Shown: positions 29,134 to 45,693 of the stretch, in pieces
Numbering within the stretch: position 1 is the stretch's first letter
How the letters are laid out: each line of letters begins with the position of its first letter
Assembly: GCA_963814585.1 (NCBI GenBank)
Contig: CAWFDF010000004.1
Span: 128,001-192,000, forward strand
DNA length: 64,000 nucleotides
Direction of reading: 5' to 3'
DNA from: an uncultured delta proteobacterium
Lineage (GTDB): Bacteria; Myxococcota; Myxococcia; Myxococcales; Anaeromyxobacteraceae
Translations under genes and position numbers: made by a program
The notes under the pieces: model-generated
Told to the model about the DNA's origin: nothing
Databases searched by the model: none
The model's input: only the letters and a program-made list of their open reading frames with translations

Positions 29134-32100
29134 ATGCGCGCTCGCCACCTCAAGCCCCTCGCCCTGGCGCTGATCTCCGCCGCCTTCCTGCCGCTGGCCG
29201 GCGACGCCGCCATCGCGGTCCCGCCCGCCTCGCAGGCCGCCTGCTGCAACACCGCCGACCAGATCCCGTCGCCGTCGCCGACCGGCGACGAGACCTTCTT
29301 CAAGATCCCCGGCGGCGTGCCCAACATCATGGTGCTGCTGGACAGCTCCGGCTCGATGCAGGAGTTCCCCCAGACCATCCGCTACCCCACCTCCGCCACC
29401 TTCCAGGCCGATGGGAACTGCGACTCGACGGTGGATCCGATGCCGGTCGCGTCGCCGGCCGATCCGACCCCCCGCGCCTGGCTCGACGTCGCCGCCGCGA
29501 AGGCCCTGGCCAGCCCCATGCCGGCCGCCGAGCCGGACTACCGGACCTACTACGACGCAGCGCAGACGCTCCCGGCGCTCGTCAACTCGCCGCCATGGAC
29601 GGCGTCCTGCGCCACGACGCCGCGCCCGGCCACGGACCGGGCGGTCGACACCTGCCTCTTCCGCCCGACCAGCTACTACAAGATCTACTCGAACTCGGCC
29701 ACGCCCGGCACCATCACCCTCGAGGCCCCCTCCAACTCCATCAGCAGCGCCTACGTCTTCAACGCCCCGGACCCGACCGTGGCCGGAGTCAACGCCGGAC
29801 CCTGCTCCGCCCTCGATGGCAGCGGGAACATCGTCGGCATGGCCCCGAACCGCGCCAGGTGCGTGTCGTGCCTCAACACCAAGGGGTACTACCTCTTCCG
29901 CTCCACCGGCGGGGTCTACCAGGCCGTCTTCACCGGCACCTTCCTCAACCAGAGCCCGCCCAAGTTCGTCGCCGCCCGCCGCGTGGTCAAGGACCTCGTC
30001 AAGCTCGACCCGCTCAACCCCGGCAACCTCGACCTGGTCCGGTTCGGCATCACCACCTTCAACCCCAATGCCGACAGCAACACCACGCTCGGATCGTCAA
30101 TCCGGGCCAACGACGGCGGCTCGCTCATCGTCCCGCTCGGGCCCAACTGCGACGGGGCCTTCCCGGCGGTCACCTCCGCCTTCGTGACCGCCCGCCAGGG
30201 GATCATCGACGCGGTCAACAACACCAGCCTGGTCCAGTTCCAGTCCTACACGCCGCTGGCCGAGTCGCTCTACAACATCGGCCAGTACTTCTCGAACGGG
30301 GGCTCCAGCTCGCTGTACCAGTCGCTCTTCGGCACCTCCTGGATGAAGACCGCGGGGACCGGGCAGAACTTCGCCGAGACCTCGCCCGGCCAGTCCAACG
30401 CCTCGTGGACGGGGGCCGGGAAGAACCAGCGCTCGTTCTGCTGGGCCTGCCAGCAGTCGGCGGTCATCGTCGTCACCGACGGCGAGCCGACCGGCGACGT
30501 CAACCTCCCCAGGGGCTCGAGCACCTCCCACACCGCCTTCAACAACAACTTCCGGGGCTGGACCAACCCGGCGGTCATCGCGGGGAACGCCGCGATCGAC
30601 GCCCACCAGCTCCACCGGGTGTCCTACTTCCTCGCCAACACCGACCTCCGGCCGGACCAGGCCAACTCCCCGCGTCCACAGACCGTCCACACCTACACCA
30701 TCAGCTTCGGCATCGACGCCGGCACGACGGCCGACCTGCTGCTCAACAAGACCGCCACCAACGGGATGGGTCTGTACCGGAACACCGGCTCCGCCGAGGA
30801 GCTCAAGGACGCCATCGAGACCGCCGCCTCCGACGTGGTGACGCGCGCCACCTCCTTCTCGTCTGCCAACGCCAACTCGCTGCAGACCTCCAAGACCTCG
30901 GGTGTCGACTCCTACCTGGGGCGCTTCCGCCCCAACAACAGCGCCTTCTGGGAGGGGCACCTCTTCGCCGCCGGCATCTTCGACGAGTTCGGCCAGGGAT
31001 GCGACGAGGGCTTCGGCACCGCGGGCCAGAAGGCGACCAGGTGCGGCGTCTACGCGGCCATGAACCCCAACATCGACGGCGACGAGGACGCCTCCACCGG
31101 CAAGGCCATCTGCAAGAGCGCCTACATCATCGACAAGGAGTGCGACCCGGTCATCGAGGACTCCACCGGAGCCTTCAAGAAGGGGGCCTTCGACGCCACC
31201 ACCCACCAGCTCATCAGCACCCCCGACGACGCCGTCCTCTTCTGGGACGCCGGCAAGGTGCTCTCCGACCCGACGCAGACCGGCTACCGCTCGGCCGACG
31301 AGAACGCCACCAACAAGCGGGTCATCTCCACGGTCATCGACGTCAACGGCGACGGCAAGTTCACGGCGGCCGACGGGATGGTGGAGTTCACCGCCGCCAA
31401 CGCCGCCGCCCTGGCGCCCCTCATGAACCTGCCGGCGCTGGGCCAGGCCTCGGCCGCGGCGCTCCCCACCAGCGGCAGCCCGGCCGCGGTCCCCTGGTGC
31501 AACTCCTGGCTCAACGGAATCGGCGTCTGCGGCCTCGCGCCGCTGCCGGCCTGTCCCGCCACCGTGGCGGCGGTCCGGACCAGGTGCGCCGAGCAGATCA
31601 TCCACTTCTACCGCGGCTGGGACGTGATGGACTGGGACCTCGACCACTGCGCCGGCCCGGGCAACCACTACAACACCAACGCCTGGGGCAGCTGCACCAG
31701 CAACGCCAACTGCGGCGGCACCGCCAAGTGCAACACCACCACCAAGAAGTGCATGACGCAGGCCTGCCCCGCCGGCGAGCAGCGCGACCGGGTCAACGAC
31801 TCGCGCGCCATCAACGCCCAGGAGTTCTGGAAGCTGGGCGACATCTTCCACAGCTCGCCGGTGGTGGTGAAGGCGCCCGCCGACAAGTTCACCTGCAAGA
31901 TCGGCATCAACAACCAGTGCCTGCTCACCCTCTTCTCGGCGCTGGGCACCTCGGCCGCCACCCCGACGCCGCTCACCAAGTACGGCGCCTACGACGCCTA
32001 CGACCAGCACCGGAGGGAGAAGCTGAACACGCAGCAGCTGGTCCTGGTCGGCGCCAACGACGCCATGCTGCACGCCTTCGACGCCGGCGTGCCCGACACC

Positions 32101-34134
32101 AGCAAGCCGGCCAACTCGGAAGGCCTCTACCCGCTGACGCCCGGGGACGGGACCGAGCTCTGGGCCTTCATCCCACCCGAGATGCTGCCCCAGCTGAAGG
32201 GGGGCCTGGACCAGCACCGCTACTTCGTGGATGGCAACACCATGCTCCGCGACGTCTGGTTCGACGCCAACGGCGACGGCACCAAGCAGAAGGATGAGTT
32301 CCGGACCATCGCGGTGATCAGCGAGCGGGGCGGCGGGACCCACTTCACCGCCCTCGACGTGACCGACCGCGCCACCCCGAAGTTCCTCTGGACCTTCCCC
32401 CAGCCCTGCACCGAGGACTCCAAGCTGGCCGGCCAGACCTGGAGCCTCTTCCCGCCGCGCCCGCCGCCCATCCTGCCGGTGCGGCTCCAGGTCCCGGCCA
32501 GCAGCGGCCGCAATCCGCTCAACCGCGGCTTCGAGGAGCGCTGGGTGGTGGCGCTCAACGGCGGCTACGACCCGACGCTGGTGCGCGGCCGGGTGGTCTG
32601 GCTGGTGGACGCCATCACCGGCCAGGTGCTCTGGCGCTTCACCGACGACTCCTTCAAGGCCATGCGCGGCGACAAGAAGGCCAGCATGTTGCCGGTGGCC
32701 GCCACCATCGGCGGCATGGACATCGGCATGGCCGACCGGCCCTCCGGCATCCCCGACACCGACGGCTACTTCGACACGCTCACCTGGGGTGACATCGGCG
32801 GCAACCTCTTCGTGGCCCGGCTCCACGAGCCCGGAAGGCTGGACCCGAGCACCGGCCTGGTCACCAACTGGACCGCCGCCCGGACCTTCGAGGCCAACCG
32901 GAAGGCCGACGACACCCACGTCGCCGCCAACCGCGGCCAGTTCTTCTTCATGACCGCCAACTACCTCTCCGGCGCCAGCAAGCTCATGACGCTGGTCGGC
33001 GGCGGCAACCAGGAGCAGCTGATGCAGACCTCCAACAACTGCGGGCCGAACAACGTCCTCGGCTGCTGCGCGTCCGGCTGCTCGGTGGCCAAGTCGGAGT
33101 TCGCCAGCACCTTCGGCGCCGGCTCCTGCACGCAGGGCGGGACCTTCCAGTGCTCCGGCGGCGTGCTCACCTATGCCCCGGCCGCCACCACCGGCTGCGC
33201 CGCCGGCTTCGCGTGCGGCGCCACCAATCAGAACGTGACGCTCACCTTCGACTGCGGCGCCGCCGGCAAGCCGCCCCCCATGGTGGCCCAGGTGAGCTGC
33301 GGCGCGGACGGCGTCTGCACCACCGACAACCCGTTCACCTCGGGCGCCTTCTCCACGACCGCGCTCGGCCAGCCTCTCAACCAGAACCGGGCCTACGCCA
33401 TCTGGGCCTACGGCAAGGAGACCTGGAAGCTCTTCAGCGACGCCGCAAGCGCGCTGGCCTTCGAGAAGAACCGCTCGACCGACGTCCCCTACACCGGCTG
33501 TGGCTCCGCCACCCGCACCTGCCAGCTGGTGGAGACCTCGTCGGCGCAGGTGCAGGACAGCGGGACCGGCATGGGGGTCCAGACCACCTGCCGCGACGGC
33601 TCCGCCAAGTGCTGGGCCGAGGACACCGACAACGGCTGGATGTACAGCTACGGCAGGTGGTGCCCGCTGGCCAGCTGCACCACGCCGACCTGGACCGACG
33701 AGAAGTCGGGCTCGGCCCCGACGGTCTTCCGCGGCTGCACCGAGTGGTCGGGCTTCCGGCCCACCGGCGCCTCCAGCGGCGCCGACCCGTGCTCGGCCAG
33801 CTCCGGCACGCCCACCTCGATCCGCTACCGGGCCGACGTCAAGTCGGGCGTGCCGCGGCAGTTCTGCGGGCTCGAGGGCACGGTCAGCGGCCGCGCCGCC
33901 TTCCTCTTCGGCGATCAGAAGAACGCCTTCGCGCCGCCGCAGTCGGGCTCCATCCGCGTGGTGGTGAACGAGAAGGGGCAGGTGAGCTACTCGACGCTCA
34001 AGATCGAGACCGGCTCCCCCGCCGAGAAGCAGGGCCTGGGGACCCGCAGCAGCATCTCCGAGCCGCTCTACTGGCTCGAGGTCCCGCGCGAGGTCCACAG
34101 CTGCCGGCACGTCGACCCGACCACCTGCCAGTGA
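29134..34134 (+). CDS. pilY1: PilY1 tip adhesin (vWA-like N-terminus plus PilY1/PilC beta-propeller), 1666 aa
   Basis: Signal peptide; NIMVLLDSSGSM (MIDAS DxSxS), TPLAESL, VVTDGEP; KLGDIFHSSPVVV, GANDAMLHAFDA, ELWAFIP, YFVDG. Confidence 0.92.
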   Translation: MRARHLKPLALALISAAFLPLAGDAAIAVPPASQAACCNTADQIPSPSPTGDETFFKIPGGVPNIMVLLDSSGSMQEFPQTIRYPTSATFQADGNCDSTVDPMPVASPADPTPRAWLDVAAAKALASPMPAAEPDYRTYYDAAQTLPALVNSPPWTASCATTPRPATDRAVDTCLFRPTSYYKIYSNSATPGTITLEAPSNSISSAYVFNAPDPTVAGVNAGPCSALDGSGNIVGMAPNRARCVSCLNTKGYYLFRSTGGVYQAVFTGTFLNQSPPKFVAARRVVKDLVKLDPLNPGNLDLVRFGITTFNPNADSNTTLGSSIRANDGGSLIVPLGPNCDGAFPAVTSAFVTARQGIIDAVNNTSLVQFQSYTPLAESLYNIGQYFSNGGSSSLYQSLFGTSWMKTAGTGQNFAETSPGQSNASWTGAGKNQRSFCWACQQSAVIVVTDGEPTGDVNLPRGSSTSHTAFNNNFRGWTNPAVIAGNAAIDAHQLHRVSYFLANTDLRPDQANSPRPQTVHTYTISFGIDAGTTADLLLNKTATNGMGLYRNTGSAEELKDAIETAASDVVTRATSFSSANANSLQTSKTSGVDSYLGRFRPNNSAFWEGHLFAAGIFDEFGQGCDEGFGTAGQKATRCGVYAAMNPNIDGDEDASTGKAICKSAYIIDKECDPVIEDSTGAFKKGAFDATTHQLISTPDDAVLFWDAGKVLSDPTQTGYRSADENATNKRVISTVIDVNGDGKFTAADGMVEFTAANAAALAPLMNLPALGQASAAALPTSGSPAAVPWCNSWLNGIGVCGLAPLPACPATVAAVRTRCAEQIIHFYRGWDVMDWDLDHCAGPGNHYNTNAWGSCTSNANCGGTAKCNTTTKKCMTQACPAGEQRDRVNDSRAINAQEFWKLGDIFHSSPVVVKAPADKFTCKIGINNQCLLTLFSALGTSAATPTPLTKYGAYDAYDQHRREKLNTQQLVLVGANDAMLHAFDAGVPDTSKPANSEGLYPLTPGDGTELWAFIPPEMLPQLKGGLDQHRYFVDGNTMLRDVWFDANGDGTKQKDEFRTIAVISERGGGTHFTALDVTDRATPKFLWTFPQPCTEDSKLAGQTWSLFPPRPPPILPVRLQVPASSGRNPLNRGFEERWVVALNGGYDPTLVRGRVVWLVDAITGQVLWRFTDDSFKAMRGDKKASMLPVAATIGGMDIGMADRPSGIPDTDGYFDTLTWGDIGGNLFVARLHEPGRLDPSTGLVTNWTAARTFEANRKADDTHVAANRGQFFFMTANYLSGASKLMTLVGGGNQEQLMQTSNNCGPNNVLGCCASGCSVAKSEFASTFGAGSCTQGGTFQCSGGVLTYAPAATTGCAAGFACGATNQNVTLTFDCGAAGKPPPMVAQVSCGADGVCTTDNPFTSGAFSTTALGQPLNQNRAYAIWAYGKETWKLFSDAASALAFEKNRSTDVPYTGCGSATRTCQLVETSSAQVQDSGTGMGVQTTCRDGSAKCWAEDTDNGWMYSYGRWCPLASCTTPTWTDEKSGSAPTVFRGCTEWSGFRPTGASSGADPCSASSGTPTSIRYRADVKSGVPRQFCGLEGTVSGRAAFLFGDQKNAFAPPQSGSIRVVVNEKGQVSYSTLKIETGSPAEKQGLGTRSSISEPLYWLEVPREVHSCRHVDPTTCQ

Positions 34135-34153
34135 CCGGCCCGGCGGGGGAGGC

Positions 34154-35521
<1,368 letters not shown>

Positions 35522-35532
35522 GCGCGCCGATC

Positions 35533-37150
35533 CTACACTGGCGGGGCGGCGGTGAGCGCGGGCAGGCGCACCGAGAAGCGCGCCCCGTGCCCCGGCTCCG
35601 ACTCGAGCGTCAGCGAGCCGCCGTGGGAGTCGACGATGCGATGGACCGTGGCGAGCCCGAGGCCGGTCCCGTTCGGCTTGGTGGTGAAGAAGGGCGTGAA
35701 GACGTGCGGCTGGTCGGCCGGGGCCACGCCGGGGCCGCTGTCCTCGACGACCAGCTCGACGCCGCCCCCCGCCGACCGCCCGCAGCTCACCTTCACCCAG
35801 CCGCGCCGGTCCCCCGGGGGCGCGGCCTGGAGCGCCTGGGCGGCGTTGAGGAGGAGGTTCCAGAGCACCTGGCGGAGCTGGTCGGGATCGCCGCTGGCCG
35901 GCGCCGGCCGCAGCTCGCGCCGGACCTCGACCCCGGCCGCGGCCGGATCGTGCTCGAAGGCCTCCAGCGCCTCGCCGGCCAGCACGCCCAGGTCGAACGG
36001 CTCCCGCCGCGGCGGCGCCGGGCGGGCGAAGGCGAGGAACTCGGTCACCAGCTGCTCCAGGCGGCCGCCCTCGCGCAGCACGATGTCGAGCAGGCGGCGG
36101 TCCTCGGCGCCGAGCGGCGCGCCGCCCAGCAGCTCCACCGAGCCCATCATCGAGGCCAGGGGGTTGCGCAGCTCATGGGCCAGGCCGGCCGCCATCTGGC
36201 CGAGATCGGCCAGGCGCTCGGAGCGGGCCACGCGCTCCTCCATCGAGCGGAGCTGGGTCAGGTCCTGGAAGATCACCGCGGTCCCCATCGGCGCGCCCTT
36301 CCGCCCCAGCAGCGGGAAGGAGGAGTAACCGAGCCGGACCCGGGTCCCGTCGGCGCGAGCCAGGTCGGTCTCACCGCGGGCGGTCTCGATGTGGAACGCC
36401 CCCAGGAACCGGTCGGCGTGGCGCCCGGTGAGCGCGCCGAGCGAGAGGCCGAGCATCTGCTCGGCGGCACGGTTGAGGAAGGTGATGCGCCCGCCGGCGT
36501 CGATGGTCAGCAGCCCGGAGTTGACCGACTGGACGATCGACTCGTGCAGGGCGGTGATGGCGGCCAGCTCGCTCTCGCTCTCGGCGAGCCGCTCGTCGGA
36601 GCGGCGCAGCTGCTCGGAGAGGTAGCTGGCCAGGGCGGCGGTGGCGGCGAAGGCCCCGGCGTGGAGGAAGAGCAGCCTCCACGGCACCTCCCGAAGGCTC
36701 GGCGCGGTCATCACCTCCACCGCCGACGTAGGCCAGCACCGCCAGCCCCAGCGCCGTGACGGCCCCGCGGCGGAAGAGCAGGATGCTGCCGTTGACGATG
36801 CCGAGCGAGTACATGAAGACGAAGACGCTCTCGGCCCAGCCGGTGAAGGCGACCACGGCGGTGGCGGTGGCCACGTCGAAGACCAGCTGGGCGTAGGCCA
36901 GCGGCACCAGCGCCCGCCCCTGGCGCAGCCACCAGGCCGAGGCCAGCGACGCCAGGTAGGTCCCGATCACCAGGCCGTAGAGGGCCGAGGCGAAGGCGTC
37001 GTCGTCGGCGGCCCGCCAGCTGGCGACCGCGGTGCCGCCCAGCAGCACCGTCACCGAGACGATGCGGAAGAGCGTGAGCCAGACCAGCTTCTTGTGGAGG
37101 CTGGCGTCGGCGGCAGCCTCGACCGGCGCCGCGTCGGCTGGGTCGGTCAT
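35533..37150 (-). CDS. pilS: Sensor kinase PilS (frameshift near 36722)
   Basis: Multi-TM N-terminus (KLVWLTLFRIVSVT) in one frame; PAS, AHELRNPL and HATPase in the other frame. Confidence 0.88.
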
Positions 37151-37156
37151 GCGCCC

Positions 37157-38419
37157 TTACTTGATCGTGCCCGCCATGGTGAAGATCGGCAGGTACATGG
37201 CGATCATGAAGTAGCCCACCGTGCCGCCGAGGAAGACCATCATCAGCGGCTCGATCATGCCGAGGTCAGCGCGCCGACCGCCACGTCCACCTCGTCGTCG
37301 TAGAAGTCGGCGATCTTGTTGAGCATCTGGTCCATGGCGCCGGTCGCCTCGCCGACGCCGATCATCTGCACCACCATGGGCGGGAAGACGTCGGTCTCGG
37401 CCAGCGGGCCGGCGATGTTCTTGCCCTCGGAGATCTTGGTCCGGACGTAGAGGATGGCCTCCTCGATGATCCGGTTGCCCGCCGACTTGGCCACGATCTC
37501 GAGGGCGTCGAGGATGGGCACGCCCGAGGAGAGCATGGTGCCCAGCGTCCGCGTGAAGCGGGCCACCGCGACCTTGCGGATGAGCGGGCCGAACATCGGC
37601 ATCTTGAGCACGAAGGCGTGCCAGATCTCCTGCCCCCGGCCGCGCGCGCTCCAGGCCTTGAAGGCCACCCCGATGCCGATGGGGACGCCGACGATGATGT
37701 ACCAGTACCGCCGGAAGGCGATGGAGAGGTCGATGAGGAACTGGGTCGGCGCCGGCAGCGAGCCGCCCATGTCCTTGAACATCTTCTCGAAGGTGGGGAT
37801 CACGAAGGCGATGAGGACCAGCACCACGCCCACGGCCACGGTGAGCACGATGGCCGGGTAGACCATGGCGCCCTTGAACCCGCCGGGCCAGCTTGTCGTT
37901 CTTCTCGATGTAGGCGCCGAGGCGCTGCAGGATGGTGTCGAGGATGCCGCCGATCTCGCCGGCGCGGACCAGCTGCACGAAGAGGTCGTCGAAGACCTTG
38001 GGGTGCTCGGACAGCGCGTCGGCGAAGGTCGAGCCGGCCTCGACCTTGGCCTTCACCTGCAGCAGCACGGAGCGGAAGGCGGCGTTGTCGTTCTGGGTGC
38101 CGAGGATGTCGAGCGCCTGGACCAGCGGCAGGCCGGCGTCGATCATCACCGAGAACTGCCGGGTGAAGACCAGGATGTCCTTGGTCCCGACCCCGCTGCC
38201 GAGCCTGGGGATGCGGAGCTCGCGCGGCTTCTTCTTGACCTTGGTGGGCTCGATGCCCATCTGGCGCAGCCGGGCCTCGACCGACGCGGCGTCCTGGGCC
38301 TCGATCTCGCCGGAGCGGACCTCGCCCTGCTTGCTCTTCCCGGTCCACTTCCAGACCGGCGTCTTCTGCACCGGGGTGGCGACCTTGGTCTTCTGTGCGA
38401 CGGCAGCAGCCTGTGCCAT
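37157..38419 (-). CDS. pilC: T4aP platform protein PilC (frameshifts near 37878 and 37260)
   Basis: FTRQFSVMIDAGLPLVQAL, AGEIGGILD, MVYPAIV, RTLGTMLSSGVPIL, GEATGAMD, MYLPIF, spread over two frames. Confidence 0.92.
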   Translation of the reverse strand: MAQAAAVAQKTKVATPVQKTPVWKWTGKSKQGEVRSGEIEAQDAASVEARLRQMGIEPTKVKKKPRELRIPRLGSGVGTKDILVFTRQFSVMIDAGLPLVQALDILGTQNDNAAFRSVLLQVKAKVEAGSTFADALSEHPKVFDDLFVQLVRAGEIGGILDTILQRLGAYIEKNDKLARRVQGRHGLPGHRAHRGRGRGAGPHRLRDPHLREDVQGHGRLAAGADPVPHRPLHRLPAVLVHHRRRPHRHRGGLQGLERARPGAGDLARLRAQDADVRPAHPQGRGGPLHADAGHHALLGRAHPRRPRDRGQVGGQPDHRGGHPLRPDQDLRGQEHRRPAGRDRRLPAHGGADDRRRRGDRRHGPDAQQDRRLLRRRGGRGGRRADLGMIEPLMMVFLGGTVGYFMIAMYLPIFTMAGTIK

Positions 38420-38493
38420 GTACGCCTCGCTCGTTGGCGGCTGCGGATGTTAGCCCGGCACCGCCCCGGGGTCGAATCTCCGGCGCTGGCCCG

Positions 38494-39607
38494 CTACCGC
38501 GCCTGCTGGGGCCCCGGCGGCGCTCCCGGCCGAGGCGTCCCGAAGCCGCCGGCGATGAGGTTCTTCAGCTCCTCGGCGTCGGAGGAGCGGTTGATCGCCT
38601 CCTCCATCGTGATGAGCCGCTTGGCCACCGCGGCGGCCAGGCTCTGGTTGAAGGTCTGCATGCCGAACTTGGTCTGGCCGACCTGCATCTGCGAGTAGAT
38701 CTGGTGGACCTTGTCCTCGCGGATGAGGTTGCGGATGGCCGGGTTGGGGATCATCACCTCGACGACCAGCACGCGCCCGGCGCTCCCCGGCCCGGGGCAG
38801 CAGGTTCTGCGAGAGCACGCCCTCCAGCACGAAGGAGAGCTGGGCGCGCACCTGCGGCTGCTGGTAGGGCGGGAAGACGTCGAGGATGCGGTTGATGGTC
38901 TGGACCGCGCTGTTGGTGTGCAGCGTGGCGAAGGCCAGGTGGCCGGTCTCGGAGATCACCAGCGCCGCCTCGATGGTCTCCAGGTCGCGCATCTCGCCGA
39001 TCAGCACCACGTCGGGGTCCTGGCGCAGGATGTACTTGAGCGCCTTCTTGAAGCTCTGGGTGTCGGCGCCCACCTCGCGCTGGTTGACCACGCAGTTCTT
39101 GTGGGGGTGCAGGTACTCGATCGGGTCCTCGATGGTGAGGATGTGCTCGTGCCGGTCGGTGTTGATCTTGTCGATGATCGACGCCAGCGTGGTCGACTTG
39201 CCCGAGCCGGTCGGGCCGGTCACCAGCACCAGGCCGCGCGGCTTCCTCGCCAGCTCGGCGACGATGGGCGGCAGCCCCAGCTCGTCGAAGGTGAGGATCT
39301 TGAAGGGGATGGTGCGGAAGGCGCCGGCCACCGCGCCGCGCTGCATGAAGATGTTGGCGCGGAAGCGCGACAGCCCCTTCACGCCGAAGGAGAGGTCGAG
39401 CTCGTTCTCCTCCTCGAACTTGTGCTTCTGGGCGTCGGTGAGGATCGAGTAGCAGAGCTGCTTGGTGTCGACCGGGGTGAGCGGCGGGGTCTTGAGCGGC
39501 ACCAGCTCGCCGTCGATGCGCAGCTGCGGCGGCGAGCCGGTGGTGATGTGGAGGTCGCTGGCCCCCTTCTCGACCATCGCCTTGAGGAGCTGGTGCAGGT
39601 TGGCCAT
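38494..39607 (-). CDS. pilT: Retraction ATPase PilT (frameshift near 38787)
   Basis: ASDLHIT, GPTGSGKSTT, LRQDPD, TGHLAFATLHT; the AIRNLIRE motif lies in the shifted C-terminal frame. Confidence 0.93.
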
Positions 39608-39629
39608 GGGGTCTCCGTGGGTGCGCCGG

Positions 39630-41340
<1,711 letters not shown>

Positions 41341-41415
41341 GTGTCGTGGTCCCCGCCGTCTTGTTGGTGTGAGTTCGGGGCCGACGTTAGCAGCGCGGCC
41401 GGCGAAAATCGAGGA

Positions 41416-42372
41416 TCAGCCCCGAGTCCGGAGCAGCGCCCGGGCCCGCCCGGCGTCGGCGGCGATCTGCGTCCGCAGGGCCTCCACCGTCGGGAAGCGC
41501 CGCTCCTCGCGCAGCCGGGCCACGAAGGAGAGCCGGACGGCCTCGCCGTAGAGGTCGCGCCCCGCGAAGTCGAAGAGGTGGACCTCGGCGGTGACCTGTC
41601 CCGAGGTGTCGACGGTGGGTTTCACGCCCACGTTGCACACGCCGTCGTGGGTCACCGCGCCGGCCGCACCCGGGGCCCCTCCCCCGAGCCGGGCCCGCAC
41701 CGCGTAGACGCCGCGGGCCGGGAGCAGCGCCGCGGTGGCGACGTTGGCGGTGGCGAACCCGAGCCCCCGCCCTCGCCCGGCGCCCCGGGCCACCACGCCG
41801 TCCAGGTCGTAGGGCCGGGCCAGGAGCAGCGCCGCCCCCTCGACGTTCCCCTCCAGCAGGAACTCGCGGATCTTGGTGGAGGAGACGGTGAGGCCGCCCT
41901 CGGTCACCGGCTCGATCACCTGCAGGCCGAGGCCGCTCGCGGCCAGCAGCGGGCGGAGCGCCTCGACCCGGGCCCGCTCGTGCCCGGCGGTGAAGTCCCA
42001 GCCGACCACCACGTCCCGGACGCCGAGGGCTCGCAGGTCCCGCCCCACGAAGGCGGCCGCCGGGGTGGCCGCCCAGGCCAGGTCGAAGGGCTGCACCACC
42101 GCCACCTCGGCGCCGGCGGCCTCGAGCAGCTCCAGCTTGCGCGGCAGCGGGGTGAGGAGCGGCGGGGCCAGCTGCGGCCGGAGCACCTGGACCGGGTGCG
42201 GCTCGAAGGTGAGCGCGCCGGCGGCCGCGCCCCGTGACCGCGCCAGCTCGCCGGCCCGGGCCAGCAGGGCCTGGTGGCCGAGGTGGACGCCGTCGAAGTT
42301 CCCGACCGCCACCGCGCCGTCGCGCAGCGCTCCGCTCGCGGCGGCCTCCTCGATGGAACGGAACACCCGCAT
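41416..42372 (-). CDS. ribF: Bifunctional riboflavin kinase/FAD synthetase
   Basis: GNFDGVHLGHQ, TFEPHP, SSTKIRE, GFATAN, GVKPT, EVHLFDF. Confidence 0.96.
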   Translation of the reverse strand: MRVFRSIEEAAASGALRDGAVAVGNFDGVHLGHQALLARAGELARSRGAAAGALTFEPHPVQVLRPQLAPPLLTPLPRKLELLEAAGAEVAVVQPFDLAWAATPAAAFVGRDLRALGVRDVVVGWDFTAGHERARVEALRPLLAASGLGLQVIEPVTEGGLTVSSTKIREFLLEGNVEGAALLLARPYDLDGVVARGAGRGRGLGFATANVATAALLPARGVYAVRARLGGGAPGAAGAVTHDGVCNVGVKPTVDTSGQVTAEVHLFDFAGRDLYGEAVRLSFVARLREERRFPTVEALRTQIAADAGRARALLRTRG

Positions 42373-42482
42373 CGCCGGAACAGATAGGCCCGCCGGCGGG
42401 CTGGCGTCAAACCGGTGGCGGCCTGCCGGTGGCGCGCCGGATCCTTGCGGCCGGGCCCCGATGGCGCTAATCCAGCCGCCTC

Positions 42483-42791
42483 ATGGCGCTCCACACCGCA
42501 CTCGCCCTCTCCACGGTCCTCTTCGCCGCCTACCTCCTCTTCGCCTCCTCGTCGCGCCTCCTGCCGGGCGTGGTGCTGCTGGCCGGCGCCCTCGAGCTGG
42601 CGCTGGCGCTCGGCTGGCTCCGGCTGGCGGTCCACGGCCCGACCCTGTCGCTGGGCCTGGGGGTGGCCATCGCGCTGCCGGCGCTGGCGCTCTGGTGGCG
42701 GACCGGCGGCAAGGGGCCGCTCTCGGCGGCCGCCGTGCTGGCCTTCATCGGCCTGCTGCAGACCGCGCTGGCGGTGCTGGCGAGGGTGTAG
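42483..42791 (+). CDS. Small integral membrane protein
   Basis: 102 aa, almost entirely hydrophobic (about 4 TMs); fills the ribF-acnA gap. Confidence 0.6.
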   Translation: MALHTALALSTVLFAAYLLFASSSRLLPGVVLLAGALELALALGWLRLAVHGPTLSLGLGVAIALPALALWWRTGGKGPLSAAAVLAFIGLLQTALAVLARV

Positions 42792-42822
42792 CGCCGCCGG
42801 AGCGGACCCGAGCCGCCAGGGC

Positions 42823-45549
<2,727 letters not shown>

Positions 45550-45693
45550 CCATGGAGCCTAACCGCGCCGCCGTTCCGGCGCGACGCCCCGCCGGGTGCG
45601 CCGTCGAGTCGTCGGGCCACGGGGACCGGGTGGCAGGCGGCCCTGCTCGAAGCCTGCGTCGGGGCCACCAGGGGCCGGCCCCGACGCGATGGA

